A stretch of 64,000 nt of DNA from Candidatus Zixiibacteriota bacterium (GTDB lineage Bacteria; Zixibacteria; MSB-5A5; RBG-16-43-9): positions 3,663 through 67,662 of the forward strand of contig JAUYBY010000101.1 of NCBI GenBank assembly GCA_030692925.1. Direction: 5' to 3'. Each line of letters begins with the position of its first letter. The stretch's first letter is position 1. Of this stretch, positions 48,595 through 58,458 are shown in pieces. The translations under genes were made by a program, and so were the position numbers. Under the pieces are notes generated by a model. That model had not been told where the DNA came from. It saw nothing but the letters and a program-made list of their open reading frames with translations, and searched no databases.

Positions 48595-49395
48595 CTACAA
48601 GTAACATATTAGACAGGGAGGATCTGAACCTTCATCTTCCAGCATTTTTTCCAGAGCTTCAGCAAGAGTTTTGCCTTTCGATTCTGATGACTTTCTGACA
48701 AGCGTTTTCTCAAAATCTTCGAGTATTTGCTCTCTTCTCTGAATCAGCTCACTCAGTGATTCCCCTTGATTCCAATAGAAAGTACGACCATCACCGTGTG
48801 ATGTCTCATATCTCATGGCCTCTTTAAAAAGATCCGGATGCTCCTCAGCTAACCTAATCCATTCGTACTTTCTCTGAAAAAAACAGAAATAGCATCCCGA
48901 CCGAGATCTCCAACGATAATAGCTAGGCATACCTATACCGCTATCTCCAAGCAGACGAAAGATGTCTTTCTTAACAAGACCTGCCTCTTTAAATGGGTAG
49001 ACTGGCTTGATATTCGGTTTAGTGGATATGTAGCCAGTTCGATCTTCGTCTGCTCTAATTCCTATATAACTGAAAATCGTATCATCGCCAGCGTACTTCT
49101 CAAAGGGAACAATTTTCAACTGTTTTGTGCACCATCGAGCTTTAACCGAAGGCAAATACCCACCATATACCTGTAACCAGTGATCAAAGCCTCGTTCAGA
49201 GCTCAAATGCGTGATCTTTATACCTAATCTAGCTTCCAAGCGCACAAGGAATTCGTAAGTTTCGGGCAGTTCTTTGTGAGTGTCGCAAAACACGTATTCC
49301 AGCTGTGGAACTTTTTTGTGCATATAAACGGCCAAAGCCGCACTATCCTTACCACCCGAGAGAGATAGTATGTGGCGAACCTTCTCTTTAGTCAT
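48595..49395 (-). CDS. PAPS-reductase-family PP-loop ATP pyrophosphatase
   Basis: 266 aa; PP-loop SLSGGKDSAAL; ARWCTKQLK and C-terminal Cys cluster as in DndC/SspD/BrxP-type enzymes. Confidence 0.75.
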   Translation of the reverse strand: MTKEKVRHILSLSGGKDSAALAVYMHKKVPQLEYVFCDTHKELPETYEFLVRLEARLGIKITHLSSERGFDHWLQVYGGYLPSVKARWCTKQLKIVPFEKYAGDDTIFSYIGIRADEDRTGYISTKPNIKPVYPFKEAGLVKKDIFRLLGDSGIGMPSYYRWRSRSGCYFCFFQRKYEWIRLAEEHPDLFKEAMRYETSHGDGRTFYWNQGESLSELIQRREQILEDFEKTLVRKSSESKGKTLAEALEKMLEDEGSDPPCLICYL

Positions 49396-50812
49396 GAACT
49401 TTCTCGCTCTCCTCTTTTTGAGACTCTAGATCTGTATTGCTTTTATCATCCTTGCGATTATCTCTGCAAAGTACTTTTTCTATCATGGAAATGATCACGG
49501 GTTTTATAAGCTTCTCATTATATCTCAGATTTTCGTCATGGAGTATTTGCTCAGCAATTTCATTTATTTTATCCTTCTGGTCTAACTCAGTCCAGATGAC
49601 CTCTCTCATCTCCTTACCGTCGGGAAGAGTGAGAGTAACTCTTCTTACATCAAAACCGTCCAACTTTGCTCTTGAAAGCTCGTCTTGTAAGGCTTCCAGA
49701 TTAGTGAACCTTCTAACAAGCTCGCTCAGTCTTGCTTCAAAACTCAGAACATCGTCGTCAGTCCAAAACCTAGGGGGCTTATCGGCCACAACCATAAGAA
49801 GTGCTTCTAACCATTTGGTATCATCTATTTCCTCATTCGCAGCAGCTAGGACAAAGCTCTTCAAACAAGGATCGAGGACGCGGTCCTTTATATAGTGAGT
49901 TCTAACCTTAAGGTTTCCTCTCAACCTTTCTAAATCAGATCCTAAGGCAAAGGCGCTATGAAGCAATTCCCTGCAGTGCATAAGAAGGTCCGAATAAGCA
50001 CTCTGGATTTCTTGCAGAACTTTGTACAATTTTTGCCTGAAATCTCTTGCTACTTGACTATCATAAGTCACATCAGCATTTGATAATACTACTCCACATG
50101 CTTGCGGCAAGGCGACAAAAAGCAGATTATCCGGCTCCGTTTCGGTGAGAAGAGCACGTCTGACAGATATTGCCTCCTGGCTCAAGCGATTTGTGCTCAG
50201 AGTGTAGGGGGGCAACTTTCTTACTATTGCTATCAAAGGTTTTACAACTCCTAATAGGGTGGCATTCCAAACCTTATCAGCTCTAGTGTAAGAGGAATTG
50301 AATAGACCTTCTTGCAGTTCCTTGAATATACTAGCATTGACTCCGGACATTTTAAGGCTCTTTACACTGAACCTCACAGGATTTCTGACTAAAAGTTCAA
50401 AATGCTCTACTCCAAGCACAGGTATGAATGCGCCGTCAAGATAAAGGGTCAAATCTTCGCTGTGAGATAGAAGAACTGCTGCCAATAATACAGGAATGCA
50501 TCCTTGCTTAACGCCGTACGGTGGAGCCTCAAGTATTTGTATTAACATGTTTATTGACTTCGGCGCGTCAGTTGCCGATAGACAAAAATCTTCAATAGCC
50601 TTCCACACCTCGTAAACATCACTCTTTTCATTGGGATTTACAAAGTACCACTTATCCTTGTTCCTCCTGTAGATACCGGTTTGAGCAAATAGACTTTCAA
50701 AGATGCTACACTCAGATCCATTTCCTACTAATCCCAGTCGTTCCTTTCCTTCGTTGGTGATCATTGCTTCTATCAACTTTCGTCTAGCCTGCATCCCCTG
50801 CGATGTTAGCAA
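49388..50812 (-). CDS. hypothetical protein (474 aa) in PP-loop operon
   Basis: overlaps PP-loop gene start by 8 bp; no recognisable motif. Confidence 0.5.
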   Translation of the reverse strand: MLTSQGMQARRKLIEAMITNEGKERLGLVGNGSECSIFESLFAQTGIYRRNKDKWYFVNPNEKSDVYEVWKAIEDFCLSATDAPKSINMLIQILEAPPYGVKQGCIPVLLAAVLLSHSEDLTLYLDGAFIPVLGVEHFELLVRNPVRFSVKSLKMSGVNASIFKELQEGLFNSSYTRADKVWNATLLGVVKPLIAIVRKLPPYTLSTNRLSQEAISVRRALLTETEPDNLLFVALPQACGVVLSNADVTYDSQVARDFRQKLYKVLQEIQSAYSDLLMHCRELLHSAFALGSDLERLRGNLKVRTHYIKDRVLDPCLKSFVLAAANEEIDDTKWLEALLMVVADKPPRFWTDDDVLSFEARLSELVRRFTNLEALQDELSRAKLDGFDVRRVTLTLPDGKEMREVIWTELDQKDKINEIAEQILHDENLRYNEKLIKPVIISMIEKVLCRDNRKDDKSNTDLESQKEESEKVHD

Positions 50813-50902
50813 TCTTCGATTTATGAGTTCGTTCCAGAGTCGAAGGCCCTTATGATAGACATGGTCACTGATATCGGATAGTAGTCTATTAAAGTATCTA
50901 TT

Positions 50903-52906
50903 TTAATCAAGTTTCTTCTGTCTACCTTTTATCCAATAAGTGAAATTAGTTAGTGAATCATCGAAAGAATGTGACAGAGCCTGGTCCAATAGTCGCATGG
51001 CACTAATCAGACGTTGCTTAACCTCATTTCTGGCGACTCCGTCGGTTCTCAATTGAGGTGCGTTCTCCTGGATTCTTTTTAATGCCACATATTCATTAGA
51101 TGCTAGTCTCAGAGCTTCAAGGTCTCTAGCACAGATAACAATAAGTGGTCTAAAATCTTGGGTCTGTGCTGGCACCTCCCGCAATTCCGCTTTATCACCT
51201 ACCCAATAACAAATCAATCCGTCGCTCTCGAACTCCTGGCATTTGCTATTCTTTATGTTAGCAACTCTATCGAAGTATTGTCTCTCGAAATAGCGAACCG
51301 TGCCCGTCAGATAACTGTGACGCCTTGCAACTACAGGAGCTAGAGGATAATGCTGATTCAACAAATCCGATAGAGAAGGAGTCATGGTAACAGTCTGTTC
51401 GGCGATTTCTCTCTCTATATCAAAATCAGACCCTTGCCATATCCTTAGCTCATCGAGTTGCCTTCGAAGTGTCACAAAACCTTTGTCCACAAGGACGTCC
51501 ACGACTTTTTTCCAATGGGACAGTTCTTTTGCATTTCTAGGATCATCACACAGGGCAAAAGCAACTAGCTGAAGAGAAGCCCTAAGTGGTCCTGAAGTCG
51601 AGATAAGGTTCAGTATACCAATTGTTTTTAAGGCTACAAAAACATCAGGATCAAGGTGTTTAGCATCCAAGATACTTTCCTGAATTTCAACCCAACGCTG
51701 ATAATTAGGTCGCCTAGATATTGTCATTCCTGCCGATTCAATGAAGTAATCATATATGCGGTCTAACTTCAGGGTTGGGAGCTTAGTATTGTCAAACGAA
51801 TACTCGTTTAAGAAACTCGCAAAAGAGTGGGGCTCCTGGCTAGCCAAAAATGTGAACAGTGTTCGATCGTTCTGGGCATAGCGGCTGCATAGAATCGGCA
51901 ACGCTAGAGCGGCCACCGGGTGAAATGGATAAATAGAAGCAATGTTGTCAGAAGAAATGCCATGAAAGATGTTGCTTTCTTTAAAAACGGTCAACCATAT
52001 CCGAGACCATTTTCTTATGGACGAGCAGAGATTATTTGTGGTCGTATTTGTGATTGCTTGTCCTATTACCTTTATTGTTTGTCCAGGGGACTCGATCCAT
52101 GGAATATCTTCAAAGCGACCTTGAATTTTAGCCCATTCGTTTCTCTGCGCCGCACTGAGACCGTGGGCATAGTCCGCAAAGGATTGATGAAGGAGTCCAA
52201 ACAGGAAAACCCTTGATTCGCCGCTCGTGGAAAAAGACTCGGCTATTTGTTGGAGAACATAAAGATCCTCAACCGATTGACTGAGAGCTGCGGATTCTAG
52301 GCTTTTGCCGAGCTCATCTATGATCAGCAATATTCCGTTGTTAGCGCTATCGGCTACCTTTTGTATAATATCGATTAATTTCTGATCAGTGATTTTCTCT
52401 CCGTAACCTATTTTCTTTCTTAATTTGTCAAGCTCAAATAGGACCCCGGGTTTTTTCCCTCTCTTTTTCTGCCAAAAAAGTTGTGTTCCGCGCAGAAGCG
52501 CTTTTATAATAGTAGTTCTGATCGATTCGCGCTGCGCCGTTGCAACCGCTCTAATAAGTCCCTCTTTGGGGATTTTATCTGTCCAAGAATCACAGAGCTC
52601 AGAGTCTGCCTCCCGAAGAATCTGCAGCGCATTTGTGTGAATTCTCTCTGTAGTGGGAGAACACAGAGCGGTTAGAAAATGCGCAAAAGCTGATTTCCCA
52701 GTTCCGTAGACTCCAGTTAATGTCCAGGCACTGACCGCACGCGGTGAAGAAAAAGATTCAAGGAATCTTCGAGTCGTTTCAAGGGCTCTAGCAGTTGGAA
52801 TATATCCCACGATACTATCAGGGACTTCTAAGTCGCGCTCGAGATTTACGGAGCGTACATACCTACGTCGAATCGTAATATATCTTGAAAGCTGTTGCAT
52901 CCTCAC
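50903..52906 (-). CDS. large P-loop NTPase
   Basis: 667 aa; Walker A GVYGTGKS, Walker B LLIIDELGK; family not assignable by eye. Confidence 0.7.
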   Translation of the reverse strand: MRMQQLSRYITIRRRYVRSVNLERDLEVPDSIVGYIPTARALETTRRFLESFSSPRAVSAWTLTGVYGTGKSAFAHFLTALCSPTTERIHTNALQILREADSELCDSWTDKIPKEGLIRAVATAQRESIRTTIIKALLRGTQLFWQKKRGKKPGVLFELDKLRKKIGYGEKITDQKLIDIIQKVADSANNGILLIIDELGKSLESAALSQSVEDLYVLQQIAESFSTSGESRVFLFGLLHQSFADYAHGLSAAQRNEWAKIQGRFEDIPWIESPGQTIKVIGQAITNTTTNNLCSSIRKWSRIWLTVFKESNIFHGISSDNIASIYPFHPVAALALPILCSRYAQNDRTLFTFLASQEPHSFASFLNEYSFDNTKLPTLKLDRIYDYFIESAGMTISRRPNYQRWVEIQESILDAKHLDPDVFVALKTIGILNLISTSGPLRASLQLVAFALCDDPRNAKELSHWKKVVDVLVDKGFVTLRRQLDELRIWQGSDFDIEREIAEQTVTMTPSLSDLLNQHYPLAPVVARRHSYLTGTVRYFERQYFDRVANIKNSKCQEFESDGLICYWVGDKAELREVPAQTQDFRPLIVICARDLEALRLASNEYVALKRIQENAPQLRTDGVARNEVKQRLISAMRLLDQALSHSFDDSLTNFTYWIKGRQKKLD

Positions 52907-53913
52907 TTTCTTTTCCTGTAATATTTTGTCAAAACTTGTTCAACTAATAGGCTAGGAGGCCTCTTAAAAGAAAACTGGATTAAACCTGCTGTCTCCGATA
53001 GAGAAATATCTGGAAAGTCTGTAGAGACCTTGTCTATGGCTTCACGGAGAGAAGGATCAGATAGTTTGAAAACGTGCCCCGGGCTTCCAATATCATACAG
53101 AAGGCGAGAAATGGAAATTGTTTTCGCACTGCTTTCAATCCGCGAGATGAAATCGAGACAACAGACAACAATAATCTCTGCAGGTAGTTCGTATTTGCTT
53201 CCCATATTGAAAGAATAATGCTTAGTATCGCCATAGTCCTGTAGGAGTCCCAAATCGGCAAAAGGACAGTCCAGCGAATCCTCACTTGGTCCTCTTAAAT
53301 TGTTATGTCTAACATACATCCGCAGAATACAATTGACATCTTTTCTAAGGGACGAGTCAGCAACTTTGCTTGATGGAAACAGTCGCTCCTTAAACTCTTT
53401 CAGGGCTGAAAACAGATCTTCAGCAGTGAATATCAGTTGATTGAATTCATTGAAAGTAAAGTACCAGGCAGTTGCTCTGCATGGAGGTTTTAGTAAACTC
53501 CACTGAAGCAGCCATAGTGATCCGGGATCTTCAAGATATGGGTCCCAACCCTTATCCCCAAGAAGCTTAACGCCAAATTCGGAAGGTACCATTTGGTGGC
53601 TTCTACCCAAAGCATCCTCCGCCTCGTCAAGCACTTTGAACGCAAAACACCAGTACCTAATGGCCTTGGCCATGTTCTTCCCGACGCCTAAAATGATATG
53701 AGCATCTTCTCTTGCGAAAATTGTGTGTTCTGTGGATGCCTTATCAAATCCCTTCTTTAGCCAACCATAACGTGGATGGAAGGTTTCATGTCTACAGAAC
53801 ATAGGAACGTTTGTCGACGAATACAGCGACGGCATATGAGCAAGAATGTCTAGTGTGGCTTTTCCTCTCAGGAAAGCACTTGTATTTGCTTTAGGCATAT
53901 TGAATCCTAACAT
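52903..53913 (-). CDS. hypothetical protein (336 aa), first gene of PP-loop operon
   Basis: 4-bp overlap with P-loop ATPase; conserved-looking N-terminal FHPRYGWLKKG. Confidence 0.5.
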   Translation of the reverse strand: MLGFNMPKANTSAFLRGKATLDILAHMPSLYSSTNVPMFCRHETFHPRYGWLKKGFDKASTEHTIFAREDAHIILGVGKNMAKAIRYWCFAFKVLDEAEDALGRSHQMVPSEFGVKLLGDKGWDPYLEDPGSLWLLQWSLLKPPCRATAWYFTFNEFNQLIFTAEDLFSALKEFKERLFPSSKVADSSLRKDVNCILRMYVRHNNLRGPSEDSLDCPFADLGLLQDYGDTKHYSFNMGSKYELPAEIIVVCCLDFISRIESSAKTISISRLLYDIGSPGHVFKLSDPSLREAIDKVSTDFPDISLSETAGLIQFSFKRPPSLLVEQVLTKYYRKRK

Positions 53914-54354
53914 TCATGCGAACTCTATTCATAGCTAATATATTCCCTGTTGAGTTAAGGTACTGTTTATCAGATTAGGTCCTATATCTTTCTAGTTTGA
54001 TCCTCTGATTCTCCCTGCTTCTATAGTCGATTATCGCGCTTGTTCTTATAACCCTAAACAGGCTACTGGAACTGGAAAAAGGCATTTCAAGAAAACTTGA
54101 TAAAATGATACTATAACAAGCTTAAACTGTCAAGATATTTCCTTCCCTTATGAACTGACTCCAGATTCGCTCATAAGATGAGTTAGATTCTAACCGTTCA
54201 AAGTATGAGTTCGTTTCTTTAATATCTTCAGCACTTAAAGGTTGAAGAAAAATTCAATTTGATTAGAATATGAGTTCTATCTCCAAAAAGTGAGCAAATT
54301 TGACATATTTTTCATCTTCTGCTAAGCTGATAAAACACAAACAGGAGGTGAAAA

Positions 54355-54489
54355 ATGACTCTTTCAAAGGCTCAAAAACTCATTATAAAGCTGTATCATG
54401 AGCTAAAAGCTGGGAAAACCGTGACCCACGATGAGGTCAATGGGCTGGGTAACTTTCTTGATAAGAATAGGTTCTGTTATTGCGCTTAA
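54355..54489 (+). CDS. 44-aa micro-ORF with strong RBS (tentative)
   Basis: AGGAGGTGAAAAATG; MTLSKAQKLIIKLYHELKAG... Confidence 0.25.
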   Translation: MTLSKAQKLIIKLYHELKAGKTVTHDEVNGLGNFLDKNRFCYCA

Positions 54490-54689
54490 TGTCCATAAGG
54501 TGCAATTGAGGAGCAGACTGTAACTGTCTCATAATCAAAGACTTGTCCAATTTCCCATACACCTAAGCCTTGGTTATTGCACCTTTATGTCAAAACTCGC
54601 GCGTTTTTCTTGAATTATTCCTAGAGGTCTACTCATTTTCTGATCGAGTACCTTTTCTCTGATATGTTCTACCGCCTAATGTCACACAT

Positions 54690-54747
54690 TGACAATTGCT
54701 TTGGCAGAACTAACTCAATAAGTGGCATAATAACTGGGGGCAGGACA
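54690..54747. repeat. ~58-bp direct repeat, left flank of CBASS cassette
   Basis: ttgacaattgct...aataactgggggcaggaca; second copy at 60424-60482 (about 80 percent identical), third partial at about 60926. Confidence 0.7.
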
Positions 54748-54971
54748 ATCCAGGATTTGAGAAGAATAGGTGGAGAGTGGAAAAAGCTGGTATCTTAAGA
54801 AAGTTCAAACAAGTTGATGTTTTAGACATATTCAAAGATTTCAAAGCCAGCTCATAAGATGGACTGGCTTTTTTTATCTCACCCTATTTAAATACCCCCT
54901 ACTTTTCATTCCCGAGACTGATTGTGGCCCACTGGATTTTTCTGGTACCAAATGCATTTACCTCGTTTTAT

Positions 54972-55496
54972 TTATGTTTGATCATACAAAAGCTCTATTC
55001 TTCCCCATCTACAAGAATAGAGGAATACGCCTAACTCGGGCACTGCAAAAAGGTTTCCTCCAATAATTACCAATATACTTTCAGGACAGTTGGTTTCACT
55101 ATCAGCCGATATAGCTGATTGAGTCATATTGTCCATATGACTCGGAATAGGAGTGCCATTCGGATGACTATGCCACTCGCCAACGTAATATCTTCTCCCC
55201 CCATATCTTTGCTGTAATTTGTTATAAAATGCCCTAAGACCTTTGATTCCTCTAAAAAATGAATTGTCATAGCACCTTGAGTCAGAACACAGAGGACTCG
55301 CATCGAGAACAAATGCATCAAATCCATCATCAGAATAACATCCCACTAACGACGTTCCAACTTCGTGTGGATGATGCTTTTTCCCCATCTTAAGCATCTT
55401 GTTAAAGCAAAAATGTGAAATTGAAACAGTATATCGGCCACATTTGGATTTCCACTTCAGTGGAAGCTCATTATTCATGGATATTGATTGGTCCAT
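54972..55496 (-). CDS. cap3: JAB/MPN (JAMM) metallopeptidase, CBASS Cap3-like
   Basis: 174 aa; JAMM motif EWHSHPNGTPIPSHMD (HxHx7Sx2D). Confidence 0.8.
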   Translation of the reverse strand: MDQSISMNNELPLKWKSKCGRYTVSISHFCFNKMLKMGKKHHPHEVGTSLVGCYSDDGFDAFVLDASPLCSDSRCYDNSFFRGIKGLRAFYNKLQQRYGGRRYYVGEWHSHPNGTPIPSHMDNMTQSAISADSETNCPESILVIIGGNLFAVPELGVFLYSCRWGRIELLYDQT

Positions 55497-57310
55497 ACTA
55501 TTTCAACAAACGGAGAAGATTGGACTACTTTGCTATTAAGCGAATTTCTCTTGATTATCACTACAAGCCCTTTTCCATCACCTTGTTCGATATGGTGATT
55601 GATAATATCCATAGCAGTTGCCGTCAATACATAAATATGGGCGTTCAGCGCAGGAAAAGTTGGATGCCAACAACCTGCCCCTTCAATGATTTGCTCTTCC
55701 CTCGATGGTTGATATAGATATTCTTGTGACGTAATCGGTAACTGTTCTTTTTTAACGCATGACATCAAATCTTGAAAAATTTCATCACACGAGGTTTCCC
55801 TTCCAGAAATTAGTAGAGTAATAAGCTCCGCATGAAAATTGAAGAACAAAGATATGATCTGTTTTCTTTCGACTGTTGCATATTTGTTCAACCAGTCGAA
55901 GGCCGATTCACTTGCAGTACTATTAATGATTATATCTGTCCGTGAAAGAGATTTGTAGGCATCATTTTGTGATGAAGGACTTAGGGGTATTCCGATCGGA
56001 TAACCAATAATAGTTGATAATGGATTGGTCCTTGAAAGTTTCCATGCGAGTGACTTTGCTTTGTTAAATCCTAGAAATGTTCCATCGAGTGTATGGCGAC
56101 AAAAATTGCCAATTTGAATGTTTTTAGGATCGAACAAGTAAAGGACCCTAACACCACCGCGAGTCAATAGTTCAGCGATAAGACTACCTAAAGCACCGCA
56201 ACCAAAGATAGCCACCCGCGCTGATCGAATCGACCGTGAATAGGAACCTCTGGCATATATTCTATCATCTGCGACATTAGATGATTTACCCCAAGGTAGC
56301 TGCTGAGCGAATTTGAAACGATCATGCTCTTGTAATCTCTTCCAAATCCTGTTTAGCTTAATGGATTTACACTTTACTGACTTCCGTTCAACTCTTAAAT
56401 TGGGAAATACAAGTGGTTGCCAATGCATTTCAATAGGTTTCTCGCCGTAGATTTTTGGGATTGGAAACCCGATTAATATCAGTCCGATTTCCGGGTCACG
56501 ATTCTCGACCTTCCATGCTTCTTTAAGAATATCATAAAAGTCCAAGTCATTGGCCGAACATAGTTGGGTAATCTCTCTATATGTTTGGGGCGGACGATGA
56601 CGCTTGAAACGAATATCAGGCAAAATCAGCCAGTTTCCAATCAGTTTCTTATCTTGGTCGAGAATCCCAGAGGAGAATTCTGATTCCCATACAATTGAGC
56701 TGTTATCGCTGAATCGAACTGCAAATATTGCTGGAATACAATTACCTACAAAGCATTCCACTATTCCAGATTTCCCAATATATGGTTTCCATTTTTCATA
56801 TGATTTTTCAGTTTCATTAAAGAGTATGGGAAAATCGGTCGGAAAGCTTTCGCCTAACAACTTTCGGCTGAAATCAGGCAATTCGTATGGATCACCTGGT
56901 TTAAGAAGGTTAGCATTGGCAGCGTCTGTGAGCCAGTTTTTTGCCCAATTAACATAGTGTACGAGTCGTTCAGCATTCCGGGGCGCCAAACGTTCCGCAG
57001 GAAGACATAACTTTCCTGTTTCTGAATCTTGATGCGGAAACCCTTTAACCTCCTCACAGTTTGAGAAAATGTCAACAGGTAAGAATGGGAAACCTTCTAG
57101 AATGCATACCTGCACATCTACCGCAGCCGGGATATTCTCTGGGTTGGGGTAAGGAACTGATACAACGCAGTCAAATATCCATCCTTTCCTACCGCTTGTG
57201 TGGTTCCAATAGAGTGGCTTCGTTACATCGACGATGCGGTATTGTAGTAGAAGATCATAAGCTTCCAAAACAACTTCAGGTATTTTTGCATCATTAAGCA
57301 TCGTATCCAT
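55475..57310 (-). CDS. cap2: E2-E1 fusion (ThiF/MoeB-like adenylation domain), CBASS Cap2-like
   Basis: 611 aa; C-terminal Rossmann RVAIFGCGALGS...LFDPKNIQIGNFCRH (ThiF/E1 pattern); ~340-aa N-terminal region consistent with E2-like domain. Confidence 0.75.
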   Translation of the reverse strand: MDTMLNDAKIPEVVLEAYDLLLQYRIVDVTKPLYWNHTSGRKGWIFDCVVSVPYPNPENIPAAVDVQVCILEGFPFLPVDIFSNCEEVKGFPHQDSETGKLCLPAERLAPRNAERLVHYVNWAKNWLTDAANANLLKPGDPYELPDFSRKLLGESFPTDFPILFNETEKSYEKWKPYIGKSGIVECFVGNCIPAIFAVRFSDNSSIVWESEFSSGILDQDKKLIGNWLILPDIRFKRHRPPQTYREITQLCSANDLDFYDILKEAWKVENRDPEIGLILIGFPIPKIYGEKPIEMHWQPLVFPNLRVERKSVKCKSIKLNRIWKRLQEHDRFKFAQQLPWGKSSNVADDRIYARGSYSRSIRSARVAIFGCGALGSLIAELLTRGGVRVLYLFDPKNIQIGNFCRHTLDGTFLGFNKAKSLAWKLSRTNPLSTIIGYPIGIPLSPSSQNDAYKSLSRTDIIINSTASESAFDWLNKYATVERKQIISLFFNFHAELITLLISGRETSCDEIFQDLMSCVKKEQLPITSQEYLYQPSREEQIIEGAGCWHPTFPALNAHIYVLTATAMDIINHHIEQGDGKGLVVIIKRNSLNSKVVQSSPFVEIVWTNQYP

Positions 57311-58454
57311 ATTGGCGAGGAGTTAGATCACCAGTTTGGGATTTAATTGCGGGAGTGATGAACGGTCCTTTCGGTTCCCCTCCGTCATCACCGCCGTCGT
57401 CATCTACAGGCGGTGGAAATTTGTCACTAAAGAGTTCACGCCATTTGTTCGCCGAGACTTTGACTGTATCAACACTCAACGCCTCTCTTGCTATTTGAGC
57501 CGCAGAGAATACATGGCCATAGAACTTAGCAAAGTCTTCTCCAGAAATCCTAGCAAAAACATTGTGCTGAGGAACTCCATGATCAGGGAAATTCGGAGTT
57601 CTTCTTGCCTCAGCGGCATAAGCGTACTTTTTAACAATTGACTCCAATGTCAATGTAACTCCTTCTGCTACTGACTGAATAGAGTCGGGACAACACACAC
57701 CAATAAGATGCTCAAGTGGGTAGCCCTTAGGACTATCAGTCTCATGATTTATCCTCTCCCACCATTTTATCGCCTTCACAACATTGACGTAGTGTCCATT
57801 ACAACGCGCATTTTTGCCAAAAGTCCACTTTATTTGCTCAAGTGGATGAGTAGGTTTCCACTCTCCAGCCTCCCTATCTGGAATCCATAAAGGCTCAATT
57901 TTCCACTCCGATTCTTTTCTAGCAGCTTCCATCAATGCATCAGCATAAATAGATTTTCGTTGAGATACAGGAACCCAGGATTTCACAAGACGCCAGTCTT
58001 GTGCTTCTTCAGGTGTTTCAAATGTCGTCACAGCCTCGCTCTTCAGGATCCCCTCTTCAGATTGTGAGAGTGAAGCTGTGATAACTAGATCTAAATCAAT
58101 ATAAGAAAGTTCAATACCGAATGATCGTCCCTGCCGTTTATGCTTTTCTTCGTAGTATTTCCTCAAGAAGGGTACAAAAAGGTCCATTGCCTTATTCGGA
58201 TCTTGATACTCATTTTTGTCCAATCGACTAACCACAATAACATCTACATCCGAGCGTTCATCTCCCTTTGGTCGAATTGCAGTAGCACGCCTATAACTGC
58301 CTTGCAGGAGTGTACTCACGATGATAGGTTTTAATTCTTCATCACTGGCTAAACGATCCCGAAGTGTTATGTGACCTTTAATACAGTCTTCTCTTTGGCT
58401 GTCTGTTGGACGTATCTCTCTTAAGAATTTTTCGAAATAACTTGACAGTATCAT
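57294..58454 (-). CDS. cdn: cGAS/DncV-like nucleotidyltransferase (CD-NTase)
   Basis: 386 aa; GS-x9-13-[DE]h[DE]h pol-beta NTase motif QGSYRRATAIRP...SDVDVIVV. Confidence 0.75.
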   Translation of the reverse strand: MILSSYFEKFLREIRPTDSQREDCIKGHITLRDRLASDEELKPIIVSTLLQGSYRRATAIRPKGDERSDVDVIVVSRLDKNEYQDPNKAMDLFVPFLRKYYEEKHKRQGRSFGIELSYIDLDLVITASLSQSEEGILKSEAVTTFETPEEAQDWRLVKSWVPVSQRKSIYADALMEAARKESEWKIEPLWIPDREAGEWKPTHPLEQIKWTFGKNARCNGHYVNVVKAIKWWERINHETDSPKGYPLEHLIGVCCPDSIQSVAEGVTLTLESIVKKYAYAAEARRTPNFPDHGVPQHNVFARISGEDFAKFYGHVFSAAQIAREALSVDTVKVSANKWRELFSDKFPPPVDDDGGDDGGEPKGPFITPAIKSQTGDLTPRQYGYDA

Positions 58455-58458
58455 GTTT

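Noticed and set aside
48595-49395. Calling the PP-loop enzyme a housekeeping CysH (sulfate assimilation)
   Set aside because: There are no neighbouring cys genes, it sits inside a mobile defence island, and it is fused in an operon with ATPases and a TM effector; DndC/SspD/BrxP-like context is more plausible, though unproven.
49388-53913. Assigning the operon to Ssp, Dnd or type 4 BREX outright
   Set aside because: Gene content is only partly matching: no cysteine desulfurase, PglZ, BrxL or DndE, and there are extra TM-NDT and 474-aa genes. I cannot verify the family membership of the 336- and 667-aa proteins by eye.
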